Source of the DNA: a virus
Virus record (IMG/VR): IMGVR_UViG_3300045988_042791
Coordinates: 1-39,227 of that record
Length of the DNA stretch: 39,227 bases
Strand: one strand, 5' to 3'
Position 1 is the stretch's first letter. Each line of letters starts with the position of its first letter. Below the pieces are notes generated by a model, which was given only the letters and a program-made list of their open reading frames with translations, made no database searches and was not told the origin of the DNA. Shown here piece by piece: positions 32,421-39,197 of this stretch. The position numbers and the translations under genes were made by a program.

Positions 32421-33055
32421 TTCGCCACATCCTTGCTGTAGTTGGCTTTGATGTCCATCAATTCGCCGGTGAGCAGTTTCGTGGCGAATCCGTAGACGAC
32501 TTTGTCGTTGGATTGGAACGCGGTTCGCTGCAATGCGCTGATGGCGTCGAAAATGCCGGTCAATGCGTTGGAGATGATGGTGCGTGGGTCGGCTGTGGCT
32601 TGTGGCTTGACGTTGATGGTTCCGGTGGTGACGTCGTTTACCGTGAGCTTCGATTCGGTGACGTCGGCTGCTGTGATTTTCGATGTGGTGGTCATGGTTT
32701 CTTTCTTCTTTCCGCTTGTGGTTGTTTTCTGTGCTTTGCTGCGTGGCGAGTGCTTGTCGAAGGCCGGCAATAGTCCCTCCTTGCGGAGTTGACTGATGAT
32801 GTTGCCGACTGTTTTCTGGCTCATGCCGAGCGCTTCGGCTGTTTCCTTGCCGTCGAACGTTTGTCCTTGGTCGATGCGGTTTTGGCAGTGCGCGAGGATG
32901 AGGTCTCGTTTCGACGGTTTCTCCGGCAGGTCCTGCGTGAGGAGTCCGGCCTTGCGTAACGCCCGCATTTCCGTGACGTCGAGACCGGCTTCGCCTGACT
33001 CGTCGTAGATGCTTTTCAGTTCGGCGAGTTCGTCGCCCGTGTATTCGTGTTTCAA
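32417..33055 (-). CDS. HTH-domain protein (212 aa)
   Basis: TTG start in a TTGA overlap after AAGGGA. Central ETAEALGMSQKTVGNIISQLRKEG HTH. Confidence 0.55.
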   Translation of the reverse strand: MKHEYTGDELAELKSIYDESGEAGLDVTEMRALRKAGLLTQDLPEKPSKRDLILAHCQNRIDQGQTFDGKETAEALGMSQKTVGNIISQLRKEGLLPAFDKHSPRSKAQKTTTSGKKKETMTTTSKITAADVTESKLTVNDVTTGTINVKPQATADPRTIISNALTGIFDAISALQRTAFQSNDKVVYGFATKLLTGELMDIKANYSKDVAK

Positions 33056-33231
33056 CGTGTTCCCTTTCTGAGGTTTTCGATGAGCGTGTGGTTTTCGCGG
33101 ATGAACGTGTCCACGTCGATTCCCTGCTGCGTGAGGGTCGGCTTGCCGTCTGCGACGCGTGCCTTCCCGTCGCTTGTGACGTTTGGATGGCTTTTGCACT
33201 GTGTCGCCGGAACGAACATTCCGTTTCTCAT
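33052..33231 (-). CDS. 59-aa small protein
   Basis: ATGA overlap with the upstream gene. Confidence 0.4.
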   Translation of the reverse strand: MRNGMFVPATQCKSHPNVTSDGKARVADGKPTLTQQGIDVDTFIRENHTLIENLRKGTR

Positions 33232-33449
33232 CTCGCCACCGTCCTCCGGTACTCGTGCGCCAAAGCCCACCGTTCCACGATTTGACGCTGGTAGCGGACT
33301 TTGCGCCTGTCCTGATGGCCTTCCGGCGGTTCCACGCCGATTTTCAGATATGGCGGGCCCTTGCCGGTCGACCGCCAGTTGGCGAGGGTGCGTGGACTCA
33401 TGCCGAGCATGACGGCCAGTTCGGTTGGCGTAAGCAGATCGTCACTCAT
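33228..33449 (-). CDS. Excisionase-family HTH DNA-binding protein
   Basis: LTPTELAVMLGMSPRTLANWRSTGKGPPY pattern. Confidence 0.7.
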   Translation of the reverse strand: MSDDLLTPTELAVMLGMSPRTLANWRSTGKGPPYLKIGVEPPEGHQDRRKVRYQRQIVERWALAHEYRRTVAR

Positions 33450-34206
33450 GGTCGTCTGGGCAGTAGCGGCTGATGAAGTATGTCTGGCCTTTGCCGGTGA
33501 CCTTCGCGGTGCGGTTGATGGTCACGTGGCCGTCCGAATGGGTGATGGCGGTTTCCTTGATTCGGAACAGTCCCAAGTCCATGGCCTTCTGGGTCGGCAC
33601 GTTGCGGTTCGAGCCGGTCTTGCCCAAGTAGCCGTCCTGTCGGAGAATCTCGAAAAGGCGGTTCTGGCCGATGTCCAAACCGTTCTGGCGTAGCATCTTC
33701 GCCAGTTCTCCGATCAGGCAGGTGCCGTCCGACGCGGCCACGGCGTCCGCGAACCGGGCTTTCGGCTCCAATTCATTGATGTGTGATTCCTGCGCGGCGA
33801 TGCGACGCTTCTGCTCCTCCATGGTGCGTTGGCCGATCATCACGGCCTTCGCCAGGATGGTCATGTCATCGTCCTCGTCCGTGGTGGGAATGTAACCGCC
33901 GGTCTTGCGGATCTGCGGCAGCACATCATGCGTCACCCAACGTTTGAACTCGTGAGCTTCCGGCTTGCGGGAGCCAAGCACGAGCACGTAGAGGCCGGCT
34001 TCGTTGACGATGTTTGTCTCACCCTGACGCCCTAAGTTGGACTTAGACCGTTCGTCATCATCGAGACGATCAAGCGCCATGCTCACGTTTGAGTGGCCAA
34101 GGATGTCGCACACGTCCTTGGCGACGAACCATGGTTCGCCATTCTCGTCGGTCAGGGTGCGCAGTGCCGCGCCCTTGAACTCGAATCGCTGGATTTCAGT
34201 GCTCAT
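33442..34206 (-). CDS. Antirepressor (BRO-N domain plus KilAC/ANT C-terminal domain)
   Basis: FEFKGAALRTLTDENGEPWFVAKDVCDILG is the BRO-N signature. AAAGGAAA RBS before the ATG at 34206. Confidence 0.85.
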   Translation of the reverse strand: MSTEIQRFEFKGAALRTLTDENGEPWFVAKDVCDILGHSNVSMALDRLDDDERSKSNLGRQGETNIVNEAGLYVLVLGSRKPEAHEFKRWVTHDVLPQIRKTGGYIPTTDEDDDMTILAKAVMIGQRTMEEQKRRIAAQESHINELEPKARFADAVAASDGTCLIGELAKMLRQNGLDIGQNRLFEILRQDGYLGKTGSNRNVPTQKAMDLGLFRIKETAITHSDGHVTINRTAKVTGKGQTYFISRYCPDDHE

Positions 34207-34648
34207 TGTTTTTCCTTTGCTTGTTGCAAGTTGTGTGCCCCACCCTGACGAGTGGATGGGGCTGAGTGGCTGGCGTCGGAGTCGGACCGATGCCGTCCGT
34301 GGATTCCGAGCGCCCCTTTGACTGTTGGAGCATGACCTGAACATGCTGGCGGCCGGTGGCGTGGCCGACGGCGATGGAAGCCGTCAGGCAGACTTTGAAA
34401 GGGTTTGCAAGCACCGGAGTGCCTGCGTTTTTGATAGAGAGAGAAGAGATTGGAATCCGTGGACGGGCGAACCGTCGCCCAGCCGAGTGCGCCGACAGTG
34501 TATGTGAAGCAGGATGTGGTCGGCGCGTGGATAATAATCGATATTCAGTTATATGTGTCCCCGCCAGCCGACTGGTGAACGTGGATGTCCGCGAAAACAT
34601 CCCGGATTTGGTTTTGTTTCGTTGGACTGTCGGCTGGTGGGAAGTCTT

Positions 34649-34879
34649 TTAGTCGCGTGGCGCGAATCTGACGATCAGCCACAATGCGGTGGCGATGTAC
34701 ACGCCTTCCACCATGAGCGCGGCGGTGGTGCTGCCGCCATGCCATGTGAGCATGATGGTCAGGCTGGAGATGAGGCCGATGCTGACGATGGCGAAGAGGA
34801 TGCGGCGGCGCGTGTAGTTCGGCTTCTTCCGTTTTTTCATTGCTTGCATGTCTTCAAGCCGGTAATCATGGTCAGTCAT
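34649..34879 (-). CDS. Small membrane protein (two TM)
   Basis: 76 aa with hydrophobic segments. Confidence 0.6.
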   Translation of the reverse strand: MTDHDYRLEDMQAMKKRKKPNYTRRRILFAIVSIGLISSLTIMLTWHGGSTTAALMVEGVYIATALWLIVRFAPRD

Positions 34880-35228
34880 CGTCGCTCCCAGTGTTCACTC
34901 GCTTGAGTGGGAATGCTTCAGGCGGGAGCGTTTCGCAGACTTCCGGCCACTTTGCATACTGTCTATTGCCATTCCAGATGGGATCAGTCGAGTCATCACA
35001 TGTGCGTGCCGACCAGTCATCATCGATGTCCTTAAGCAGGAGCCGACCATCATTCGCGGTGACATAGAAGCCCCGCTCCTTCGGTTCTTCGGGCAGTGGC
35101 TTCTGTTCGGCTGACTTGTCGAGTTCCGTGAGTTGATTGAGCAGGTGGTTGGTTTTCTCTTCGTCGTGTTCCCTGTATGCTTCGATGAGGTCTGCGAGGA
35201 TTTGTTCTCGCTGTTGGAAGATGTTCAT
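34872..35228 (-). CDS. Hypothetical acidic protein (118 aa)
   Basis: ORF track. Coupled to its neighbours. Confidence 0.6.
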   Translation of the reverse strand: MNIFQQREQILADLIEAYREHDEEKTNHLLNQLTELDKSAEQKPLPEEPKERGFYVTANDGRLLLKDIDDDWSARTCDDSTDPIWNGNRQYAKWPEVCETLPPEAFPLKRVNTGSDDD

Positions 35229-35419
35229 TTCTTGTCCTTCTTCTGGTTGAGTTCTTTGAGTGTTCGTCCGATTTCGCGGCGGAGGTTCATGAGGTCGGTT
35301 TTGTTGAGCATGTGTTCCTGGTATCCGTCTGCCATGTCGAATCTGAGTCCGATGAGGCAGCTGTGGTCACTGCTGTGCGTGCCGTCCTCGATGATTCGCA
35401 GTTCGAATGATTGGCTCAT
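35225..35419 (-). CDS. Hypothetical protein (64 aa)
   Basis: ORF track. ATGA-type coupling. Confidence 0.55.
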   Translation of the reverse strand: MSQSFELRIIEDGTHSSDHSCLIGLRFDMADGYQEHMLNKTDLMNLRREIGRTLKELNQKKDKK

Positions 35420-35643
35420 CGCATGTTCCCCAAGTCGTCGTTGAGGCTGTAGGCGAAGTTGTCGAGGGCGCTTTCAGGGATGTCCGCAAGGACTTCCTCG
35501 CCGTCCGCGTGAAGCTCGATGAGTTGGCCGCTCTTGTCTTCCTGGATGCGGATGGCGTAGCCGGTGGTGCCGATGAGTTCGATTCGTGGTTTCATGGTTT
35601 TCCTCGATTCCGGTGGTTTCGGCGGGTTAAGCAACTGGCTCAT
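35416..35643 (-). CDS. Hypothetical protein (75 aa)
   Basis: The ATG at 35643 is preceded by AAGGAAAC. Confidence 0.55.
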   Translation of the reverse strand: MSQLLNPPKPPESRKTMKPRIELIGTTGYAIRIQEDKSGQLIELHADGEEVLADIPESALDNFAYSLNDDLGNMR

Positions 35644-35653
35644 TTCGGTTTCC

Positions 35654-35902
35654 TTAGGCTTTGAATTGTTTGATACTGTCAATCGGCTGGATGAGGAGCA
35701 TGACGAGGTTTTCTGGTTCCATGTCGAGCATGGATGCCGCTTTTTCGATTTCGTCTGTCGAGAGTGGCGTGCGGCCTTTGAGCCTGTTGTTTACGGCTCT
35801 GATTTCGAGGTCCCATGCTTTCGCTAGGTCTTTCGGTGTCTTGTCGTGTCTTGCGAGTTCCGCTTTGAGGTTTCTGCTGGCCGTTTCCGTCAGACCGGCC
35901 AT
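35654..35902 (-). CDS. Cro-like XRE-family HTH regulator
   Basis: 82 aa. Contains KTPKDLAKAWDLEIRAVNNRLKG. Divergent from the repressor gene. Confidence 0.75.
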   Translation of the reverse strand: MAGLTETASRNLKAELARHDKTPKDLAKAWDLEIRAVNNRLKGRTPLSTDEIEKAASMLDMEPENLVMLLIQPIDSIKQFKA

Positions 35903-36049
35903 TCATCCTCCTCGATTCCCTGTTTGGTGAGGCATGCGCGCCAGTCGTGCCAGCCGGGGCCGCGCATGTGGCCGCACGGGTAGTGGTCGGGGGTCTTGGT
36001 CTTCTTCGTGCTCAACATCTCGGTTTTCCTTTCGACGGTTTTTAATATA

Positions 36050-36083
36050 CGTAATTACGAAGTTTCTTGTATTCGTAATTACG
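36050..36083. promoter_or_regulatory. Two operator palindromes CGTAATTACG (36050-36059 and 36074-36083) in the cI/cro intergenic region
   Basis: Two perfect 10-bp palindromes. The 14-bp contexts TACGTAATTACGAA and TTCGTAATTACGTA are exact reverse complements, with centres 24 bp apart. Confidence 0.6.
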
Positions 36084-36123
36084 TAGTCTTCACGATTTAT
36101 GCACATATGACTACGCAATTAGC

Positions 36124-36129
36124 TATAAT
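36124..36129 (+). promoter_or_regulatory. TATAAT -10 box 7 nt upstream of the repressor ATG (implies a leaderless repressor mRNA)
   Basis: Reads gcTATAATttgaagcATG. There is no SD sequence. Confidence 0.45.
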
Positions 36130-36136
36130 TTGAAGC

Positions 36137-36499
36137 ATGGGAAGAAAAGCACAGGAGGTCACGCATTTCGCCAAGCAGGTCATGGACGAATGCGTCAGGC
36201 TCCAAAAGCAAAGCGGCATGACCATCAAGGAATTCGCCAAGGCCTGTGGCTTCGGCGAGGTCTATTGGTACACGAGGGCAAATTACAGCCTCCCGCTCAA
36301 TCTGAGTGACCTTGAGCGCATTAGCGAAGTGACCGGCGTATCCATCGGAGACATCGTGATGGACTCCAAGCGCCATGCCGTCGAAGCCGCCGAGAGGAAA
36401 GCGCAGGCAGGCGGTTATGGTCTTGCCGCCTATAACGCTCAGGGCAAGCAGGAGGCGATCGATGGAGAGGCTGGGCCGGATTACGACGAGCCTGCCTGA
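36137..36499 (+). CDS. CI-like XRE-family repressor
   Basis: 120 aa. Contains MTIKEFAKACGFGEVYWYTRAN. Paired with an ImmA-like protease. Confidence 0.85.
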   Translation: MGRKAQEVTHFAKQVMDECVRLQKQSGMTIKEFAKACGFGEVYWYTRANYSLPLNLSDLERISEVTGVSIGDIVMDSKRHAVEAAERKAQAGGYGLAAYNAQGKQEAIDGEAGPDYDEPA

Positions 36500-36950
36500 C
36501 CTGCCGATCGACCGGCGCATGACCTACGGTGCCATGCGCCGCGCCATTGTCGGACTGCCTGTCACCGTGTCCAGCGCCATCCTGCCGGACGGATTATGGG
36601 GCTGCTACGACGCCTCCACAGACGTAATCCTCATCGACCGGCGACTCACGTATACCGCGAAAAGATGCGTGCTCACGCATGAGCTGCTGCACTGGAAGCA
36701 TGGCGACACCGGTTGTTCGAACGATCGTTCGAAGCAGGAGCGACGGGCGCGAACGCAGACCGCCCTCACGCTCGTCGATCCTGCTGAGCTTGCATTGCTC
36801 GAACACATGTACGACGATGACCTATGGTCGATAGCAGACGAGCTGAACGTGACCATGCAGGTGCTTGCGGACTACCAAGCCACGCTCAACGTCTCACCTA
36901 ACGGACGAATCACCTTTAGCGATACCAAAGAAAAGGTTTTCAATGCGTAA
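36462..36950 (+). CDS. ImmA/IrrE-family zinc metallopeptidase
   Basis: HELLH is the HExxH motif. GGAGG RBS. Overlaps the repressor 3' end. Confidence 0.85.
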   Translation: MERLGRITTSLPDLPIDRRMTYGAMRRAIVGLPVTVSSAILPDGLWGCYDASTDVILIDRRLTYTAKRCVLTHELLHWKHGDTGCSNDRSKQERRARTQTALTLVDPAELALLEHMYDDDLWSIADELNVTMQVLADYQATLNVSPNGRITFSDTKEKVFNA

Positions 36951-37530
36951 AAAAATCATTGCCATCACAGCTGCGACGCTTCTCCTGGCGACGGCCTGTA
37001 GCTGCGGAAGCCAGCAGGAGCCGGATTCCACGACGGCCAAGACGCCGGGCGTCAGCACGCAGCAGTCGAAGCCACAACAACAGGAAGACGAGAAGACGGC
37101 GCAGAGCTTTGTGGACGAGTTCAACGCGAACTCCTCGACGCAGATAACCGACGTCGAGAAATTCACGCCGAGCGATTCGACCGGCCCCTATTATCGGACG
37201 GAGTATCGCACCGGCGCTTTCTCCGACGCGGACGCTCTCCACGGGAGACTGGGCCAATCGTCAGTGGACGTGCTGGTCTACGGGGCAGTGCTCGGATACG
37301 GGGAGAACGATATGATCCGCGTCTACGTCGATGGGCCACATGATGAGATCGACAGCGTATTCCCCATCATGGCGAAGATTCTTGACCCGTCGCTTTCCGA
37401 TCAGGACATCCAAAGTCAGATGGCGAAGGAGTATCCGTCCAACGATCTGCTTTACGCCGATACGCATGAGTTGATCGAGCGGGCTTATGTCGATGGCGAT
37501 CATGCGTTTCTCGATGCAAAAATCGGCTAG
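36943..37530 (+). CDS. Secreted lipoprotein (candidate superinfection-exclusion protein)
   Basis: MRKKIIAITAATLLLATAC is a signal peptide with a lipobox-like Cys. Confidence 0.75.
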   Translation: MRKKIIAITAATLLLATACSCGSQQEPDSTTAKTPGVSTQQSKPQQQEDEKTAQSFVDEFNANSSTQITDVEKFTPSDSTGPYYRTEYRTGAFSDADALHGRLGQSSVDVLVYGAVLGYGENDMIRVYVDGPHDEIDSVFPIMAKILDPSLSDQDIQSQMAKEYPSNDLLYADTHELIERAYVDGDHAFLDAKIG

Positions 37531-37681
37531 GCGCTCTTGAAAAGAATGTACAGATGATTCCGTGCCAACATGATGAACTCGACATAACGACACAAGTCCT
37601 CGGAGACTTCCGGCAAGTCATGGCCGAGCGTGTCAGCATCGTCTGAAGCATAGAATCAGAGGAAAGCAAAGGAGAATGATC

Positions 37682-37972
37682 ATGGCGAAGAGACCACAGC
37701 CCGCGCCGGGCGCGATCTACGAGTGCGAAAGGCTTGACGATCCGTTGTTTATGGGTATCCGCCTGTATGCGAATCGGCTGGAATTGGATGTCTGCACGAC
37801 GTACCTGCACCGGTATAAGAAGACCGAAGCTTACAAGGTGTCTGATTTGCAGGGCGTGACGATCAAGAAGCGTACCGTCACGTGGAGGTACAGTGCGTTG
37901 CGCTCCTTGCCCCTGAAATTCAAGAAGGCCGAGGACGCGCAGGAATTCTACAATGCGGTGAACAGCCTCTGA
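37682..37972 (+). CDS. Hypothetical protein (96 aa)
   Basis: AAGGAG lies 9 nt before the ATG at 37682. Followed by a terminator. Confidence 0.6.
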   Translation: MAKRPQPAPGAIYECERLDDPLFMGIRLYANRLELDVCTTYLHRYKKTEAYKVSDLQGVTIKKRTVTWRYSALRSLPLKFKKAEDAQEFYNAVNSL

Positions 37973-37980
37973 AACGAACG

Positions 37981-38002
37981 AAGCCCCACTATTGTGGGGC
38001 TT
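37981..38002. terminator. Bidirectional rho-independent terminator
   Basis: AAGCCCCAC-TATT-GTGGGGCTT followed by TTATATT. Lies between convergent genes. Confidence 0.75.
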
Positions 38003-38031
38003 TTATATTGCCTTATAAGTCTTTATAAAGC

Positions 38032-38262
38032 TTATATTTGCTTCAGGCGCTCGAATACCTGTGCCGTCTGTGCGGCATCGTCGGCGGCCCTATGACGCTC
38101 CGTCTTGGCGATGCCGAAATAGCGGATGAGGTCGAGCAGCCTATGGCGGTCAAGCTGCGGCAGGAGTGTCTGAGAGATTTCCAAAGTGTCGTAGAAGCTG
38201 ACGTCCGGCATGCCGGAGATTGCGCACAGCACGGATAGCACGAGGTAAATCAGTTTCTTCAT
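38032..38262 (-). CDS. 76-aa chimeric ORF: hydrophobic N-terminus fused to the Exo III motif region of a DEDDh (DnaQ-like) exonuclease
   Basis: LLDLIRYFGIAKTERHRAADDAAQTAQVF fits the H-x4-D Exo III motif context. Exo I and Exo II are absent. GGGGAG RBS. Confidence 0.55.
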   Translation of the reverse strand: MKKLIYLVLSVLCAISGMPDVSFYDTLEISQTLLPQLDRHRLLDLIRYFGIAKTERHRAADDAAQTAQVFERLKQI

Positions 38263-38360
38263 TGTCTCCCCTTCTCATCTTTGCTTCAAGCTACCGCAGA
38301 TGTGGATTGGACGTGCTGATTTTTTCTTTTTTTGGCACATTGCCCCTATAAAAAGAATGT

Positions 38361-38472
38361 TACCAATCTATATATTACTTATATAGATGGTACATATAAG
38401 TATTGGTTTCGGTATTTATACGTACTGCCAGTTGGTACTTATTTGTCTACTACCAATGGTACAAATAAGTAC
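38361..38472. repeat. AT-rich array of inverted repeats (A(T/A)ATAAGTA core and CCAAT/ATTGG boxes)
   Basis: TACTTATAT (38376-84) pairs with ATATAAGTA (38394-402). GTACTTATTTGT (38435-46) pairs with ACAAATAAGTAC (38461-72). TACCAAT occurs at 38361 and 38451. Confidence 0.7.
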
Positions 38473-38573
38473 AGGTAAAGAAAAGCCCCTCCGGCGCTGT
38501 CACACCGAAGGGGATGAAGAAAAGCGCGAGCATTTCTCCACTTGCCAATTTACCAGCAGGTGGGGAGGAAGAC

Positions 38574-39074
38574 ATGGAAAAAATGGGCTACCGTAACTTC
38601 AACGCAATCCGTCAGCTCGGTCAAATGGGCAAGTTCTCCAAGATGAGGGCTGACGGCACTCTCTCCACAAGCAACTCGGCACTGCTGCTGCTCACCTACA
38701 TGGCCAGCGTCACCTATGACTGGGACACGGAACGTAACTGCCCAACCCCTGACGCAAAAGCCAAGGGCTACCCATGCCGATACTACAAGCGCGGAGCCGA
38801 AACATTCGCCTACGACTACGGCAAGCTAGGCATATCGCCAGAGCAGGCCATGAGCGAAAACGCCCAGGAATACATCGAAAAGCGGAAAGGCGCTGCAAAC
38901 CAAGAATTCAAACGCTCAATCACCACCTTGAAGGACTGGGGCGTAATCAAGCAGCTGGAACATGCGAAGAACGGAAACCCCGCCGGATACTTGTTGCTGC
39001 TTGGCGACGACGAGGAGAATCGTGCCGTGGAACGGTGGGCGCGCCAATGCCTCGGACTGCCGATGGTCTGGTGA
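38574..39074 (+). CDS. wHTH-like DNA-binding protein of unknown role (166 aa)
   Basis: GGGGAGGAAG RBS before the ATG at 38574. C-terminal TLKDWGVIKQLEHAKNGNPAGYLLL is wing-like. Confidence 0.65.
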   Translation: MEKMGYRNFNAIRQLGQMGKFSKMRADGTLSTSNSALLLLTYMASVTYDWDTERNCPTPDAKAKGYPCRYYKRGAETFAYDYGKLGISPEQAMSENAQEYIEKRKGAANQEFKRSITTLKDWGVIKQLEHAKNGNPAGYLLLLGDDEENRAVERWARQCLGLPMVW

Positions 39075-39079
39075 TTCCG

Positions 39080-39097
39080 TGCCCACATTTTGCCCAC
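39080..39097. promoter_or_regulatory. Tandem GCCCAC(A/G)TTTT motif; candidate arm-type Int sites (partner at 104-121)
   Basis: The same 18-nt string as at 104-121. Confidence 0.45.
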
Positions 39098-39120
39098 GTT
39101 TTGTAGAGAAATGGCGTGAT

Positions 39121-39140
39121 TTGGAGTGAATTGGAGTGAA
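39121..39140. repeat. Perfect 10-bp tandem repeat TTGGAGTGAA x2 (candidate Xis/RDF site)
   Basis: Read directly. Lies between the arm-type motif and the att core. Confidence 0.5.
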
Positions 39141-39175
39141 TTAGGAAAGTCTGAAAACCGTTGGAAATAAAAGGA

Positions 39176-39197
39176 AAACCGCCATTTCTGGCGGTTT
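39176..39197 (-). terminator. Rho-independent terminator of the tRNA gene, half phage DNA and half att core
   Basis: Minus sense reads AAACCGCCA-GAAA-UGGCGGUUU followed by UCCUUUUAUUU. Confidence 0.7.

Noticed and set aside
34196-34600. 134-aa minus-strand ORF in the gap upstream of the antirepressor
   Set aside because: It has a Ser/Thr/Arg/His-rich composition and no RBS, and it runs through multiple strong hairpins. The region is treated as non-coding.
35903-36118. 71-aa ORF filling the cI/cro intergenic region
   Set aside because: It spans the operator and promoter region, has an Arg/Asn-rich composition and has no RBS. At most a shorter 42-aa ORF (35890-36018) is plausible, and only weakly.
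36949-36955. A7 run at codons 3-4 of the lipoprotein as a phase-variation switch
   Set aside because: Lys-Lys in the n-region of signal peptides is common, and the run is short. It is noted in the lipoprotein finding but not proposed as a switch.
38484-38511. Hairpin CCCCTCCGG...CCGAAGGGG as a terminator for a minus-strand gene within 38.5-39.1 kb
   Set aside because: The minus-strand ORFs there (38710-38898 and 38816-39097) look spurious, and the stem has an internal mismatch. It is more likely a 5' leader structure of the wHTH gene or a back-up stop for tRNA read-through.
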